A DNA stretch of 64,000 bases from Candidatus Omnitrophica bacterium UBA6215 (GTDB lineage Bacteria > Omnitrophota > Gorgyraeia > Pluralincolimonadales > Pluralincolimonadaceae). Where the stretch lies: assembly GCA_002421665.1 (NCBI GenBank), contig DISH01000006.1, positions 16,827 through 80,826 of the forward strand, in the 5' to 3' direction. A program made the position numbers and the translations under genes. Position 1 is the first letter of the stretch, and every line of letters starts with the position of its first letter. Positions 47,504-58,784 of this stretch are shown in pieces. The notes beneath the pieces were generated by a model. It saw nothing but the letters and a program-made list of their open reading frames with translations. It did not search any database and was not told where the DNA came from.

Positions 47504-48487
47504 TTAATCTTTTTTAAGTAATTTTTTGTCAACCTTCATCCCGAGCGAAAGCCCCATACTGATGATTATCTCTTTGATCTCAGCAAGGGACTTCTTTCCG
47601 AAGTTCCTATACTTGAGCATCTCGGCTTCCGACTTCTGGACGAGCTCCCCTATCGTCTTGATCTTGGCTTCCTTGAGGCAGTTTGCACTCCTGACAGACA
47701 ATTCAAGTTCAGATACGGGCATCTTAAGTTTCGAATACAATTCCTCGTCGACCTTTACTTCCTCCTCTACTTCCTCTGCGGGAAGGCTGCCGTATCCAAG
47801 GAATATCTCAAGGTGTTTCTCTATGATATGGGCCGAATACAAAAGAGCATCCTTGGGGGTCACGCTCCCGTTGGTCCATATCTCAAGGATAAGTTTGTCA
47901 TAATCGGTTATCTGTCCGACACGAGTGTTCTCGACCTGGAAATTCACCTTGACTATCGGGGTGAAGATCGAGTCCACCGGTATAACACCTATCGGCTGGC
48001 CCTCTTTCTTATTCTTCTCGGCCGGATAATAACCTCTTCCCTTGCCTACCTCCATCTCCACATGGAACTTGGTGTTTTTTGTCAAAGTGGCGATATGCAG
48101 GTCCGGGTTAAGTATCTCTATGGTATCATCGTGTATTATGTCCTTGGCTTTAACCTCGCCCTTGCTGTCAGCCTTTATTTCTATGACCTTGGGCTGCCTG
48201 GAATGCGAGCGAAGGATAAGTTTCTTTATGTTCAGGATAATATCAGGTACATCCTCTACGACACCAGGTATACTAGAAAACTCGTGCTGCACCGAATCGA
48301 TCTTTACCGACGTTACCGCGCTGCCTTCGATCGAAGACAGGAGGACCCTCCTCAGGGCGCTGCCCAATGTTGTACCGTAACCGCGTTCGAAAGGCTCGGC
48401 GATAAACTTGCCGTAGTTGTCGGTATAGGTCGAATCCTCACAGACAAGTTTCTTAGGCATTTCAAAATCTTTCCAAGCAATACCCAT
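47504..48487 (-). CDS. rpoA: DNA-directed RNA polymerase subunit alpha
   Basis: 327 aa; conserved NTD and alpha-CTD; position in the alpha operon. Confidence 0.95.
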   Translation of the reverse strand: MGIAWKDFEMPKKLVCEDSTYTDNYGKFIAEPFERGYGTTLGSALRRVLLSSIEGSAVTSVKIDSVQHEFSSIPGVVEDVPDIILNIKKLILRSHSRQPKVIEIKADSKGEVKAKDIIHDDTIEILNPDLHIATLTKNTKFHVEMEVGKGRGYYPAEKNKKEGQPIGVIPVDSIFTPIVKVNFQVENTRVGQITDYDKLILEIWTNGSVTPKDALLYSAHIIEKHLEIFLGYGSLPAEEVEEEVKVDEELYSKLKMPVSELELSVRSANCLKEAKIKTIGELVQKSEAEMLKYRNFGKKSLAEIKEIIISMGLSLGMKVDKKLLKKD

Positions 48488-48501
48488 ATTATTTTATCCT
48501 C

Positions 48502-49128
48502 CTACTTCGAGTATAACTCTACTATTAATTGTTCCTGGACAGGGAAACCTATATCATCCCTTGCCGGGAGTTTTATTATCTTAATCTCCATGCCATTCGT
48601 ATCTACCGAAAGCCATTTCGGGGTGCCTCTGTCCTTCGTAAGCTCTAGGTTAGCCTTTATATGCTTGGATATGCCTTCTTTTGCATCAATCTTTATCGAA
48701 TCGCCGACTTTCACCTGGAAGGAAGCAATATCCACCCTGCGGCCATTTACCTTCACATGGCCGTGCGCTACTACCTGGCGCGCATCAGCCGTGGAGTTCG
48801 CTATGCCGGAACGCAATATAACGTTATCAAGTCTCCTTTCGAGCTGCTGGAGGAGGATCTCGCCGGTTACGCCTTTAGACTTATTGGCCGTCTCGAAATA
48901 ACGCCTGAATTGCCTCTCGAGGACCCCGTAGATCCTCTTTACCTTCTGTTTCTCCCTTAACTGTATGCCATAGTCGGAAAGTTTAACCCTTCCCTGGCCA
49001 TGCTGACCCGGAGCATACTCGCGGCGGGTTATAGCGCACTTGGGCGTATAGCAACGCGTGCCCTTAAGGAACAGCTTGGCGCCTTCCCTCCTGCAAAGTC
49101 TGCATACGGAATCCTTATATTTCGCCAT
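48502..49128 (-). CDS. rpsD: 30S ribosomal protein S4
   Basis: 208 aa; canonical uS4. Confidence 0.95.
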   Translation of the reverse strand: MAKYKDSVCRLCRREGAKLFLKGTRCYTPKCAITRREYAPGQHGQGRVKLSDYGIQLREKQKVKRIYGVLERQFRRYFETANKSKGVTGEILLQQLERRLDNVILRSGIANSTADARQVVAHGHVKVNGRRVDIASFQVKVGDSIKIDAKEGISKHIKANLELTKDRGTPKWLSVDTNGMEIKIIKLPARDDIGFPVQEQLIVELYSK

Positions 49129-49131
49129 TTA

Positions 49132-49545
49132 CTATACTCTCCTTCTCTTCGGTGGCCTGCAGCCGTTATGCGGAATAGGCGTAACGTCTTTTATCAATGA
49201 TATGGAAAGGCCGGCAGCCTGGAGGGCCCTTATTGCCGATTCACGTCCGGCCCCGGGTCCCTTGACATATACCTCGACTTCCTTTACTCCGTGCTCCATG
49301 GCCTTCTTGGCCGCGACTTCGGCCGCTACCTGGGCGGCGAAAGGCGTTGATTTCTTCGAACCTGCGAACCCGCTGCCCCCGCTGGAAGCCCAGCATATCG
49401 CGTTTCCCGACTTGTCCGAAATCGTCACTATAGTATTGTTAAAGGTCGCCTGAATATGAGCCACGGCACTCGGTATATTCTTCGCGGCCTTCTTCTTAGA
49501 CTTGGGTTTCTTGGGTTTTAGTTCTTCCTTCTTTTCCTCTGCCAT
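49132..49545 (-). CDS. rpsK: 30S ribosomal protein S11
   Basis: 137 aa; canonical uS11. Confidence 0.95.
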   Translation of the reverse strand: MAEEKKEELKPKKPKSKKKAAKNIPSAVAHIQATFNNTIVTISDKSGNAICWASSGGSGFAGSKKSTPFAAQVAAEVAAKKAMEHGVKEVEVYVKGPGAGRESAIRALQAAGLSISLIKDVTPIPHNGCRPPKRRRV

Positions 49546-49580
49546 CTCAACTCCTTTTCGTCCTTTTTTATATATCCGTA

Positions 49581-49964
49581 TTAACCTTTAGCTTCTTTCT
49601 TCTTAAGGGTAACTGCCATCCTCCGCGGGCCTTTTCTTGTCCTCGCGTTGGTCTTGGTGCGCTGTCCGCGCGCCGGCAGGCCCTTTTTGTGCCTCATGCC
49701 CCTGTAGGAGCCGATATCCATCAGCCTCTTGACATTCTGGGCGATCTCCCTCCTGAGGTCACCTTCCACCTTATATTCTTTCTGGAGTATGGAAGTGATA
49801 CGTGCGACCTCTTCGTCTGTAAGGTCCTTGGCCCTTACCTCGGGGTTTATATTGGCCTCCTTAAGGACCTTCCTTGAAAGACCCCGGCCAACCCCGTAGA
49901 GATAGCAAAGCGAAAACTCTATTTTCTTTTCCTTTGGCAGATCGACACCTAAAATCCTTGGCAT
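49581..49964 (-). CDS. rpsM: 30S ribosomal protein S13
   Basis: 127 aa; canonical uS13. Confidence 0.95.
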   Translation of the reverse strand: MPRILGVDLPKEKKIEFSLCYLYGVGRGLSRKVLKEANINPEVRAKDLTDEEVARITSILQKEYKVEGDLRREIAQNVKRLMDIGSYRGMRHKKGLPARGQRTKTNARTRKGPRRMAVTLKKKEAKG

Positions 49965-49978
49965 TAAATTCCTCCTGA

Positions 49979-50092
49979 TTATCCCTGGCGCTGTTTATGT
50001 TTCGGGTTCGCGCAGATTACGTAGATTATTCCCCTTCTCTTGACTATCTTGCACTTTTCACAGATCTTTTTTATGCTTGAACGGACTTTCAT
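49979..50092 (-). CDS. rpmJ: 50S ribosomal protein L36 (zinc-binding C+ form)
   Basis: Not in the ORF track; manual translation gives [37 protein letters not shown]. Confidence 0.85.
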   Translation of the reverse strand: MKVRSSIKKICEKCKIVKRRGIIYVICANPKHKQRQG

Positions 50093-50096
50093 CTTA

Positions 50097-50315
50097 TTAT
50101 TTCACCCTGAAAGTTATCCTGCCTCTTGTTAAGTCGTACGGCGAAAGCTCAAGTTTGACCCTGTCCCCGGGAAGTATCCTTATGAAATTCATTCTCATCT
50201 TTCCGGATACGTGGGACAATACTTTGTGGCCGTTGTCGAGTTCTACGCGGAACATCGCGTTCGGCAGCGCCTCAAGTACTATTCCCTCAACTTCTATTGC
50301 TTCTTCTTTCGCCAT
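50097..50315 (-). CDS. infA: translation initiation factor IF-1
   Basis: 72 aa; S1-like OB fold; canonical IF-1. Confidence 0.95.
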   Translation of the reverse strand: MAKEEAIEVEGIVLEALPNAMFRVELDNGHKVLSHVSGKMRMNFIRILPGDRVKLELSPYDLTRGRITFRVK

Positions 50316-51055
50316 TTGGTCAATATCTCCGGCCCGTTATCCCCGACATATACCGTATGCTCGAAGTGAGCCGACAATTTCCTGTCCTTTGTCACCGCTG
50401 TCCAACCGTCATCAAGAACCTCTACGCCATGCCTGCCGGCGTTTATCATCGGTTCTATAGCCAACACCATACCTGCCTTAAGTCTTGGCCCCGTTCCCGG
50501 TACGCCAAAATTAGGTATCTGCGGATCTTCATGCATCTTGGTGCCGATACCGTGACCTACGAACTCGCGGACCACCGAAAAACCATTCTTCTCCACGTAT
50601 TCCTGTATGGCACTCGATATATCATAGAGCCTTTTATCCGGTCTGGCATTCTCGATACCCTTGTAAAGCGACTCTTCTGCCACGGCCATCAACATGGCCG
50701 CCTCGTTCGAGATCCTGCCTACCGGAAAGCTCATGGCCGCGTCACCGAAATATCCCTTTAATTTGACCCCGACATCGATACCTATGATGTCGCCGTCCTT
50801 GAGCACCCTTGCCCCGGGAATGCCGTGCACAACGGTCTCGTTTACGGACGTGCAAATATTCGCCGGATATCCGTTATAACCTTTAAACGCGGATATAGCA
50901 CCTCTTTCCCTGATATACCTGTCAGCCAACTCATCAAGCTCACCGGTAGTCGTGCCGGGTTTTATCTTTGTACCGAGGAAATCAAGTGTATCCGCGACTA
51001 TCAAGCACGCGGCTTCGATCTTTTCGACCTCAGCCCTCGATCTTAACGTTACCAT
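50294..51055 (-). CDS. map: type I methionine aminopeptidase
   Basis: 253 aa; M24A metal ligands. Confidence 0.92.
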   Translation of the reverse strand: MVTLRSRAEVEKIEAACLIVADTLDFLGTKIKPGTTTGELDELADRYIRERGAISAFKGYNGYPANICTSVNETVVHGIPGARVLKDGDIIGIDVGVKLKGYFGDAAMSFPVGRISNEAAMLMAVAEESLYKGIENARPDKRLYDISSAIQEYVEKNGFSVVREFVGHGIGTKMHEDPQIPNFGVPGTGPRLKAGMVLAIEPMINAGRHGVEVLDDGWTAVTKDRKLSAHFEHTVYVGDNGPEILTKWRKKKQ

Positions 51056-51068
51056 CCTGCGGCCTTAC

Positions 51069-51725
51069 TCAGTTCAATTTCTCTTTGACAAAGAGCTTCG
51101 ACAGATAATCGTGCGCTTCATCCACGTCGAAGTCGCCTGAAACGGTCCTCAATATTCCCTTCCCCTCATAATATTCGATTATCTCGGGAACGGTGTTCTC
51201 GTAAACTTTTATCCTGTTAAGGATCGTCTCTTCCTTATCATCCGCCCTCTGGTACAACTCGCCGCCGCATTTATCGCACTTGCCGGCCACCTTCGGGGGT
51301 ATGTTCTTTATATGATAGTTCTCCCCGCAGTTCTTGCAAACCCTCCTGCCTGAGAGCCTTTGAATTATCGTCTCCTGGGACGTCTTGAAATACAGCACCA
51401 GGTCTATTGGTCTGTTCAGCTGCCCCAGCATACTGTCGAGCGAACGCGCCTGGGCGGCAGTCCTGGGAAAACCGTCAAGCATAAAGCCGTTCTTGCAGTC
51501 TTCCTTGGCAACCCTCTGGGCCACCATTTCTATCACAATATCATCCGGCACTAATTCGCCTTTTTCCATATAGCCCTTGGCTTTAAGGCCTATGGGTGTC
51601 TGTGCCTTCACGGACTCGCGAAGTATGTCCCCGGTAGATATATGCGGTATCCCGTACTCTTTAGAAAGAACTTTTGCCTGGGTCCCTTTGCCGGCGCCGG
51701 GGGGTCCTAACAGTACGAGTTTCAA
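51069..51725 (-). CDS. adk: adenylate kinase (with a Cys4 zinc LID)
   Basis: 218 aa; P-loop GPPGAGKGT; LID CKNCG...CDKCG. Confidence 0.95.
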   Translation of the reverse strand: MKLVLLGPPGAGKGTQAKVLSKEYGIPHISTGDILRESVKAQTPIGLKAKGYMEKGELVPDDIVIEMVAQRVAKEDCKNGFMLDGFPRTAAQARSLDSMLGQLNRPIDLVLYFKTSQETIIQRLSGRRVCKNCGENYHIKNIPPKVAGKCDKCGGELYQRADDKEETILNRIKVYENTVPEIIEYYEGKGILRTVSGDFDVDEAHDYLSKLFVKEKLN

Positions 51726-53059
51726 CGTCCCCTCGCTTTCAGCCTTCCTGATTTCATGAACCCGTCATAATGGCGCATCAGCAGGAACGATTCTATCTGT
51801 TTCATAGTATCCAACATGACACCGACGATGATCAAAAGCGCCGTGCCGCCAAAGAAACTGGCGACAAGGTAAGGTATCTTGAGCCATCTGCCAACAAAAT
51901 ACGGTATTATGGCGATTATCGCCAGGAATATGGCTCCCGGCAGCGTAACACGGTTCAATATAAAGTTGAAATAATCCTCCGTCGGTTTTCCCGGCCTTAC
52001 ACCGGGCACGAAACCGCCGTACTTCTTCATGTTGTCCGCCAGGTCCCTAGGGTTCAGGGTAACCGCGGTATAAAAGTACGTGAAGAATATGATCAAAGCC
52101 GCGTAAAGCGTATAATGTACAGCTCCCTCGTTCGAAAGGAAACGGAAGAGGTTCTTCAAAAGCTGGTTCGGCATGAACTGCGCTATCATAGCAGGGAACA
52201 TCAGTATGGACTGAGCAAATATGATCGGGATAACCCCGGCCTGATTGACCCTAAGCGGCAGGTATGTGCTTTGCCCGCCCATTACGCGCCTTCCCACTAT
52301 ACGTTTCGCATACTGGACCGGTATGCGCCTCTGCGCCTGGGTTATCATGATAACCGCTACTATTACTCCAAAGAGCATCGCGGCCATCATAAAGAGCGTA
52401 AGTATATCGATCTGTTTGGCTGTAACAAGAGTATAAAGATTATTCGCGGCAGTCGGTATCCTTGATATGATAGAAGCGGTAATAATGATGGACATGCCAT
52501 TTCCGATACCGAACTCCGTCATCTGCTCTCCAAGCCACATAATAAAAGCTGTACCGCTTACAAGAGTCAGTATGGTCACCAGCCTGAAACCCCAGCCGGG
52601 GTACTGAACTATCTGTATACCAATAGTGTTATGGAGGTTCTCCAGCCAAAAGCTCGTGAAAAGCGCCTGGATAGCGCCGATTATCAGCGTACCGTAGCGT
52701 GTATACTGAGTGATCATCCTGCGGCCGTGCTCCCCGCCTTCCTTGGCCAGTTTCTCGAAATACGGGAAAGCGAACGTCAAAAGCTGCATGATGATGGAGC
52801 TGGATATATAAGGCATTATCCCAAAGGCGAATATAGTCATCTGGGACATGGCCTTTCCGGTAAACAGATCCATAAGGTCAAACAAGGTGCCGCCTGACCT
52901 CTTGGATTCCTGCTCTATAAACTGAGAAAGAGCGTGACCGTCGATACCCGGCGTTGGGATATATCTTCCAAAACAATAAACTGCAAGTAAAGCTGCTGTT
53001 ACAAGCAGCTTCTTCTTGAGATCGGGTATCTTTAATATATTGGAAAAAGCCTGGATCAT
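51722..53059 (-). CDS. secY: preprotein translocase subunit SecY
   Basis: 445 aa; 10 TM helices; canonical SecY. Confidence 0.95.
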   Translation of the reverse strand: MIQAFSNILKIPDLKKKLLVTAALLAVYCFGRYIPTPGIDGHALSQFIEQESKRSGGTLFDLMDLFTGKAMSQMTIFAFGIMPYISSSIIMQLLTFAFPYFEKLAKEGGEHGRRMITQYTRYGTLIIGAIQALFTSFWLENLHNTIGIQIVQYPGWGFRLVTILTLVSGTAFIMWLGEQMTEFGIGNGMSIIITASIISRIPTAANNLYTLVTAKQIDILTLFMMAAMLFGVIVAVIMITQAQRRIPVQYAKRIVGRRVMGGQSTYLPLRVNQAGVIPIIFAQSILMFPAMIAQFMPNQLLKNLFRFLSNEGAVHYTLYAALIIFFTYFYTAVTLNPRDLADNMKKYGGFVPGVRPGKPTEDYFNFILNRVTLPGAIFLAIIAIIPYFVGRWLKIPYLVASFFGGTALLIIVGVMLDTMKQIESFLLMRHYDGFMKSGRLKARGR

Positions 53060-53502
53060 TATTTTATGATCTCGGTTTTGCCGCCGGCTTTAGCTATCTT
53101 TTCGGCAGCCGAAGTTGAAAAAGCCTGCGCCTTGACCGTCATGGCCTTTGATATCTCGCCGTCGCCGAGTATCTTCACGGCGGCCTTTTCATCCTTTATT
53201 ACACCCTCTTTGTACAGTTCGACCGGCGTCACAACCGAATTTTCCTTGAAAGAGGAAAGGTCTGACAGGTTGACCACTTGGGATACCTTCTTGAACCTGT
53301 TGGTAAAACCCCTTTTCGGGACCCTCCTGATCAACGGCATCTGGCCGCCTTCGAACTCAACATGTATGTGGGCGCCCGACCTGGACCTCTGTCCCTTCTG
53401 GCCCCTGGTAGAAGTCTTACCGTGGCCGGAACCGGGTCCCCTGCCGACTATCTTTCTCCTCTTAACGGCCCCCTGGGGGACCTTTATCTCGCCTAGTTTC
53501 AC
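53059..53502 (-). CDS. rplO: 50S ribosomal protein L15
   Basis: 147 aa; canonical uL15. Confidence 0.93.
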   Translation of the reverse strand: MKLGEIKVPQGAVKRRKIVGRGPGSGHGKTSTRGQKGQRSRSGAHIHVEFEGGQMPLIRRVPKRGFTNRFKKVSQVVNLSDLSSFKENSVVTPVELYKEGVIKDEKAAVKILGDGEISKAMTVKAQAFSTSAAEKIAKAGGKTEIIK

Positions 53503-53987
53503 TTAGACTGCTCTCCTTTTATCCTATTGTTTTCCTCTTTATTAGAGAGGTTCTTCAAGGCCTCTACGGCAGCTTTTATAACGTTAACGGAATTGTCCGA
53601 ACCCAGCGATTTGGAAAGGATATCTTTTATACCGGCCGCATCGCAAAGAGCCCTTATGGGACCACCGGCTATAACACCGGTACCCGGAGAAGCCGGCTTA
53701 AGCAGTACTTTACCCGCGCCATATTTACCGGTCACCTCATGAGGAATAGTGTAGCCTACTCTCGGGACCTCGAACATGCCTTTCCTGGCGTCCACAAGGC
53801 CTTTCCTTATGGCTTCGGCAACCTCGTTAGCCTTGCCGTAACCAAAACCTACCTTCCCTTTGCCGTCACCAACGACCAATAAGGCGGAAAACGACATCTT
53901 CTTGCCGCCCTTGGTAACTTTCGCAACGCGGTTGATGCTTAAAACCTTCTCGCTTAACTGCTTATCCTGTGCAAACTTTTCGGCCAA
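53499..53987 (-). CDS. rpsE: 30S ribosomal protein S5
   Basis: 162 aa; canonical uS5; abuts rplO directly with no rpmD (L30) between. Confidence 0.95.
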   Translation of the reverse strand: MAEKFAQDKQLSEKVLSINRVAKVTKGGKKMSFSALLVVGDGKGKVGFGYGKANEVAEAIRKGLVDARKGMFEVPRVGYTIPHEVTGKYGAGKVLLKPASPGTGVIAGGPIRALCDAAGIKDILSKSLGSDNSVNVIKAAVEALKNLSNKEENNRIKGEQSK

Positions 53988-54011
53988 TTTCGTTCTCCTA
54001 AATTGCTTTTT

Positions 54012-54374
54012 CTAGAAATCAAGTCCTGCTTTTCTGGCGGAATCGGCCAGAGATTTGATCCTGCCGTGATAGAGATATCCGCTTCTGTCAAATACTACCT
54101 TTTTGATGCCTTTTGACTGTGCAAGCTTGGATATCATCTCTCCCAGCAACTCCGCCGCCTTTACGTTTCCGCCTGTCTTGTTTTTTGCCCTGAAGTCCTT
54201 ATCCATCGTGGAAACTGCACACAGGGTTCTGCCTTCCACATCATCTATGATCTGTACGGATATATTATTCAGGCTGCGATGTACCGACATTCTCGGTTTT
54301 TCGCTTGAGCCAATTACCCTCTTCCTGATCCTTTTATGACGTCTTAACCTGCTGACCTCGCTCTTCTTCCCCAT
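54012..54374 (-). CDS. rplR: 50S ribosomal protein L18
   Basis: 120 aa; canonical uL18. Confidence 0.93.
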   Translation of the reverse strand: MGKKSEVSRLRRHKRIRKRVIGSSEKPRMSVHRSLNNISVQIIDDVEGRTLCAVSTMDKDFRAKNKTGGNVKAAELLGEMISKLAQSKGIKKVVFDRSGYLYHGRIKSLADSARKAGLDF

Positions 54375-54377
54375 GGC

Positions 54378-54920
54378 TTAGCCTACCGCCTTTCCGACTT
54401 TCTTCCTTACATATTCACCCAAATATCTTATACCCTTGCCCTTATAAGGTTCGGGCGGATATATGTCCCTTATCTCGGCCGCTGTCTGGCCTACCTTGTG
54501 CTTATCTATACCCTTTATTATGACCTGGGTCGGTTTAGGAACCTCTATCACTATACCTTCAGGAATATGGAATTCAACCGGATGGGAAAACCCGAGCTGC
54601 ATGACCAGTTTCTTCCCGCTTACCTGCGCCCTGAACCCGACTCCCTGGATCTCAAGTTCTTTCTGATATCCGTTGGTAACTCCGACTATCATGTTATTTA
54701 TAAGCGAACGCGTAAGACCATGGAGCGCCCCTATATTCTTGGCCTTTTCATCCCCGACGGGAGATACCACTATCTGTTCTCCGCTTACCTCAACCTTCAT
54801 CGAATCGGGAAAATCCTGTGACAATTTTCCTTTCGGCCCTTCGATAAGTACGGTGTTGCCGTTCACGTTTGCTTTTACGCCTTTAACTATCTGTATAGGT
54901 TTCTTTCCAACTCTTGACAT
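54378..54920 (-). CDS. rplF: 50S ribosomal protein L6
   Basis: 180 aa; canonical uL6. Confidence 0.95.
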   Translation of the reverse strand: MSRVGKKPIQIVKGVKANVNGNTVLIEGPKGKLSQDFPDSMKVEVSGEQIVVSPVGDEKAKNIGALHGLTRSLINNMIVGVTNGYQKELEIQGVGFRAQVSGKKLVMQLGFSHPVEFHIPEGIVIEVPKPTQVIIKGIDKHKVGQTAAEIRDIYPPEPYKGKGIRYLGEYVRKKVGKAVG

Positions 54921-54940
54921 GTTCCACCCTTAGTATATTA

Positions 54941-55330
54941 TTACCAGATATAACAGAGAACTTCGCCGCCTACTTTAAGCTCGCGGGCTTCCTTGTTGGT
55001 CAATACACCCTTTGACGTGGATATAACAGCTATCCCCAGGCCCCTTAAGACATTAGGCAGTTTGTCATGGTTAGTATAGACCCTAAGGCCCGGACGAGAG
55101 ACCTTCCTCAGGTTCTTTATAGCGCTGCGATTCGATACATACTTGAGATAGACCTTTATCTTACGCGATCCCTCAAGAGGCTTGAAGTCCGAAATATAGC
55201 CTTCCTTTTTCAGGATCTCAAGTATCTCCTTGTTCATCCTCGATTGCACGACGTCGACACTTTCTTTCTTCGCGCGCGACGCGTTTCTTATCAACGTCAA
55301 AAAATCAGCTATAGGATCTGTCTTCGACAT
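54941..55330 (-). CDS. rpsH: 30S ribosomal protein S8
   Basis: 129 aa; canonical uS8. Confidence 0.95.
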   Translation of the reverse strand: MSKTDPIADFLTLIRNASRAKKESVDVVQSRMNKEILEILKKEGYISDFKPLEGSRKIKVYLKYVSNRSAIKNLRKVSRPGLRVYTNHDKLPNVLRGLGIAVISTSKGVLTNKEARELKVGGEVLCYIW

Positions 55331-55345
55331 CTTTTTCCCTTATTT

Positions 55346-55531
55346 TTACCAGCTTGACTTAGTAACTCCGGGGATCTCCCCCTTTGAGGCCAATTCCCTG
55401 AAACATATACGGCACAGCTCGAATTTGCGCAGGTATCCGTTCGTCCTGCCGCAAAGGCGGCACCTGTTATATTTCCTGGTGGAAAACTTCGCCGGCCTCT
55501 TCCATTTTGCTATCAATGATTTTTTTGCCAT
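55346..55531 (-). CDS. rpsZ: 30S ribosomal protein S14 type Z (zinc-binding)
   Basis: 61 aa; CRLCGR...CRIC zinc ribbon. Confidence 0.93.
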   Translation of the reverse strand: MAKKSLIAKWKRPAKFSTRKYNRCRLCGRTNGYLRKFELCRICFRELASKGEIPGVTKSSW

Positions 55532-55540
55532 TTTCTAACC

Positions 55541-56098
55541 TTACTTTTTAAAGGGCATTCCGAGAAGGCTTATAAGCTCTCGGGCCTCTTCATCAGTCTT
55601 TGCGCTTGTGACAAAGATAATGTCCATACCCTGGACCCTGGGGAGTTTGTCCGCCTCGATCTCCGGGAATATGATCTGCTCTTTCAGGCCCATAGCGAAA
55701 TTCCCGGCCCCGTCAAATGTGTCAGAGGGAATACCCCTGAAATCCTTGATCCTCGGGAGTGCGATGTTCACGAGCCTGTCCACGAACTCAAACATCCTGG
55801 CACCGCGCAAAGTGACCTTGCAGCCTATTGCAGCACCCTGCTTGATCTTAAAATTGGCGATAGCTTTCTTCGCGCGGGTCATGACCGGCTTCTGCCCGGT
55901 AATGGCCGTCAGGTCCGCCATCGCGGCCTCAAGTATCTTTATGTCCTCTGCCCCTTCCCCGACGCCCATGTTAATTACGACTTTCTTGAGCCGCGGGACT
56001 TCCAGCAGGTTCTTATATCCGAATTTCTTGGCCAGGTGAGGCACCATCTCCTTCTTGTATCTTTCCGCCAACCTGGGTGTAATAGCAGCCGTTTTCAT
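55541..56098 (-). CDS. rplE: 50S ribosomal protein L5
   Basis: 185 aa; canonical uL5. Confidence 0.95.
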   Translation of the reverse strand: MKTAAITPRLAERYKKEMVPHLAKKFGYKNLLEVPRLKKVVINMGVGEGAEDIKILEAAMADLTAITGQKPVMTRAKKAIANFKIKQGAAIGCKVTLRGARMFEFVDRLVNIALPRIKDFRGIPSDTFDGAGNFAMGLKEQIIFPEIEADKLPRVQGMDIIFVTSAKTDEEARELISLLGMPFKK

Positions 56099-56409
56099 CA
56101 GGCCAATGCCTCCTTACACTTCTTACAGATCCTTGTTTTCTTTCCATCCTTGCCGGCCGAAGTTCCGACCCTTACGGGGCTGTTGCACTTCGGGCACATC
56201 GGCATTAGGTTCGATACCGATATGGGGCTCTCTATCTGTATGATGCCGCCCTGGGGATTCTGCTGCGTCTTGCGGCCGTGTTTCTTGATAAAGTTACGGC
56301 CTTCGACTATAGCCTTACCTGTCGCGGGAAGGAGCTTCATGACACGTCCTGTCTTTCCGCTGTCCTTTCCCTTTATTATCATTACCGTATCGTTCTTCTT
56401 GATCCTCAT
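56098..56409 (-). CDS. rplX: 50S ribosomal protein L24 with an unusual C-terminal Cys4 (zinc-ribbon-like) segment
   Basis: 103 aa; KOW N-terminus is canonical; the C-terminus reads [10 protein letters not shown]...RICKKCKE where typical uL24 has no cysteines. Confidence 0.9.
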   Translation of the reverse strand: MRIKKNDTVMIIKGKDSGKTGRVMKLLPATGKAIVEGRNFIKKHGRKTQQNPQGGIIQIESPISVSNLMPMCPKCNSPVRVGTSAGKDGKKTRICKKCKEALA

Positions 56410-56778
56410 CTATATTACCTCTGGAGCTAATGAAATTATCTTTGAAAAACCCTTATCGCGCAATTCCCTCGCAACCGGGCCGAATATCCTCGTGCCCTTA
56501 GGGTTCTTCGCATTGTCTATTATGACTATCGCATTGCTGTCAAACTTAAGGTACGAACCGTCCGGCCTGCGGGCAGGATATTTAAGCCTTACGACGACAG
56601 CGGTAGCCACTTCACCTTTCTTAACGGCGGCATCCGGGGTAGATTCTTTTATGTGGACCTTTATTATGTCCCCAAGGTTAGCAACACTCTTGCCCTGTCG
56701 ACCGAGCACCTGTATCATAGCCGCCTTTTTGGCTCCGGTATTGTCCGCGACTTCAAGTATCGAACGTAACTGTATCAT
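56410..56778 (-). CDS. rplN: 50S ribosomal protein L14
   Basis: 122 aa; canonical uL14. Confidence 0.95.
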   Translation of the reverse strand: MIQLRSILEVADNTGAKKAAMIQVLGRQGKSVANLGDIIKVHIKESTPDAAVKKGEVATAVVVRLKYPARRPDGSYLKFDSNAIVIIDNAKNPKGTRIFGPVARELRDKGFSKIISLAPEVI

Positions 56779-57023
56779 TTAAGGACCTCAACCAATCTCC
56801 ATCTCTTGTCTTTCGATATAGGACGGGTCTCCTCGATCCTGACCCTGTCTCCCATCTTCGCTTTTTTCTCCTCATCATGCACCTTGAATTTGACAGCACG
56901 GCGCATCGTCCTGCTATAGACGGAATGTGTGGAGAAGTTCTCGACCTTTACCACAATGGTCTTCGCCATCTTATCGCTGATGACTATCCCCAATCTCTCT
57001 TTTCTGTTGCCTCTTTCGCTCAT
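56775..57023 (-). CDS. rpsQ: 30S ribosomal protein S17
   Basis: 82 aa; canonical uS17. Confidence 0.93.
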   Translation of the reverse strand: MSERGNRKERLGIVISDKMAKTIVVKVENFSTHSVYSRTMRRAVKFKVHDEEKKAKMGDRVRIEETRPISKDKRWRLVEVLK

Positions 57024-57220
57024 TTCTTGGTATTCTTCTCCCTCATTACGGTCAATATCCGCGCAATATCTTTCTTCGCTTGGCGGATCTGATCGGGTTT
57101 CTCCAGCTTTCCAATCTTAGCCTGCTGGTTTAGCTTAAACAGCGACTCCTGGAGCGCATTATATTTTGTCTTCAACTCATCCGCGCCAAGATTCCTTATT
57201 TCGTCCGGTTTTAATGGCAT
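57020..57220 (-). CDS. rpmC: 50S ribosomal protein L29
   Basis: 66 aa; canonical uL29. Confidence 0.9.
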   Translation of the reverse strand: MPLKPDEIRNLGADELKTKYNALQESLFKLNQQAKIGKLEKPDQIRQAKKDIARILTVMREKNTKK

Positions 57221-57236
57221 ATTATTATCCCTGATT

Positions 57237-57659
57237 TTAAACGGCCGCTCTATGTCTGGCCACGAATTTTGTCTTTAACGGCAGCTTCGAAGAAGCAAGG
57301 CGCATGGCTTCTTTGGCTATAGCCTCAGGAAGCCCCTCAACCTCAAACAGTATTCTGCCTCGTTTGATGACCGCTACCCAGTGGTCCGTCATGCCTTTTC
57401 CTTTACCCATCCTCGTTTCAGCGGGTTTCTTGCTGACAGGCTTATCCGGAAAGACCCTTATCCAGGCTTTACCGCCGCCCTTAAGATGGCGCGATATAAC
57501 AACTCTCGCTGCCTCTATCTGTGTATTCTTTATCCAGCCGTTCTCCAGGCACTGCAACCCGAATTCCCCAAAAGCGATGGTGGAACCGGTCATGGCTACG
57601 CCCTTGCGCCTGCCTCTCTGCGATTTCCTGTATTTTACTCTCTTAGGGAATAACGCCAT
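57237..57659 (-). CDS. rplP: 50S ribosomal protein L16
   Basis: 140 aa; canonical uL16. Confidence 0.95.
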   Translation of the reverse strand: MALFPKRVKYRKSQRGRRKGVAMTGSTIAFGEFGLQCLENGWIKNTQIEAARVVISRHLKGGGKAWIRVFPDKPVSKKPAETRMGKGKGMTDHWVAVIKRGRILFEVEGLPEAIAKEAMRLASSKLPLKTKFVARHRAAV

Positions 57660-57672
57660 CTAAACTTGCTCC

Positions 57673-58374
57673 TTAATTTTTCTGTTCAGCTTCGGGATTC
57701 TTGGCGGTATTGTCGCCTTCCTCCGAAGATGTCTTTTCTATCTGTTTGTTGAAGAGGACGTCTCCCTTATAAACCCACGATTTAACGCCAATAAGACCGT
57801 AGGTAGTAAGAGCCTCTGCAAAACCGTAATCTATATCGGCCCTGAAAGTCTGGAGCGGCACTTTTCCTTCCTTATAACCTTCGGTTCGGGACATCTCAGC
57901 ACCTCCAAGCCTTCCCGAGCACTTGACCTTTATCCCAAGGGCTCCCGAGGTCATGGCCTGTTGGACGGCCTTTTTGAGCGCCCTCCTGAAGGCAACCCTC
58001 TTCTCCAGCTGGAACGCTATATTTTCTGCTACCAATTGGGATTCGACAGAAGGGTTCTTGACCTCTTTGATCTCAATATATATCTCTTTCTTGGTCTTGT
58101 CCTGAAGATCATCGCGCAGGCGGTCGATATCGGCACCCTTCCTGCCGATAATTATACCGGGCCTGGCCGTATATATTATGACCTTGGCCTTATTGTTGGC
58201 CCTTTCTATCTCGATAGCCGCGATACCGGCGGCTGAAAAATTCTTTTTGACGTACTTGCGGATATCAAAATCCTCTGCGAGGAAATCGGCGAAGTTCTTC
58301 TTCGCGAACCAGCGCGAACGCCAATTCTTGATATAACCCAACCTCATTGATATCGGATTTACTTTGTGACCCAC
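57673..58374 (-). CDS. rpsC: 30S ribosomal protein S3
   Basis: 233 aa; KH domain; canonical uS3. Confidence 0.95.
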   Translation of the reverse strand: MGHKVNPISMRLGYIKNWRSRWFAKKNFADFLAEDFDIRKYVKKNFSAAGIAAIEIERANNKAKVIIYTARPGIIIGRKGADIDRLRDDLQDKTKKEIYIEIKEVKNPSVESQLVAENIAFQLEKRVAFRRALKKAVQQAMTSGALGIKVKCSGRLGGAEMSRTEGYKEGKVPLQTFRADIDYGFAEALTTYGLIGVKSWVYKGDVLFNKQIEKTSSEEGDNTAKNPEAEQKN

Positions 58375-58383
58375 TAACTCCTC

Positions 58384-58764
58384 CTATTTCTTTGCTGTTT
58401 TCGGTTTAGCCGGTGCGTGTTTTACCATTTTGACGCCCAGCTCGATGACGATATGGCTTGTCCTTTTTCTTATCATGGTAGCCCTTCCCATGGCCTGAGC
58501 CTTATATCTTCTCATTATAGGGCCGTCATCCGCGGTTATCTTTGCCACAAAAAGTTCATCCTGCTTTACTTTCCCACCCTGTTTTGCGGAAGCAATAGCA
58601 GACTTGAGGGCGCGTATAAGATACACGCGGGACTTCTTATCGGTATTCTCAAGAACCGCAAGGGCAGTATCCGCATCCTTGCCCCTTATAAGATCGATGA
58701 CCTTGCGTATTTTATAAGGGGATACCTTTATGTATTTTGCCGTAGCTCTTCCGACTGATGCCAT
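58384..58764 (-). CDS. rplV: 50S ribosomal protein L22
   Basis: 126 aa; canonical uL22. Confidence 0.93.
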   Translation of the reverse strand: MASVGRATAKYIKVSPYKIRKVIDLIRGKDADTALAVLENTDKKSRVYLIRALKSAIASAKQGGKVKQDELFVAKITADDGPIMRRYKAQAMGRATMIRKRTSHIVIELGVKMVKHAPAKPKTAKK

Positions 58765-58784
58765 CTCTTATAATTATCCTCTTT

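Noticed and set aside
47813-48901. 362-aa plus-strand ORF, plus many other 200-335-aa plus-strand ORFs (3906-4544, 17969-18763, 18973-19812, 19589-20296, 20431-21246, 26354-27361, 33872-34483, 34038-34916, 56036-56782)
   Set aside because: All lie antisense within strongly supported minus-strand genes (rpoA, pfp, accC, btuC, Memo and others). They have low-complexity S/P/R-rich composition, no motifs and no RBS. They are typical antisense frames of GC3-rich genes.
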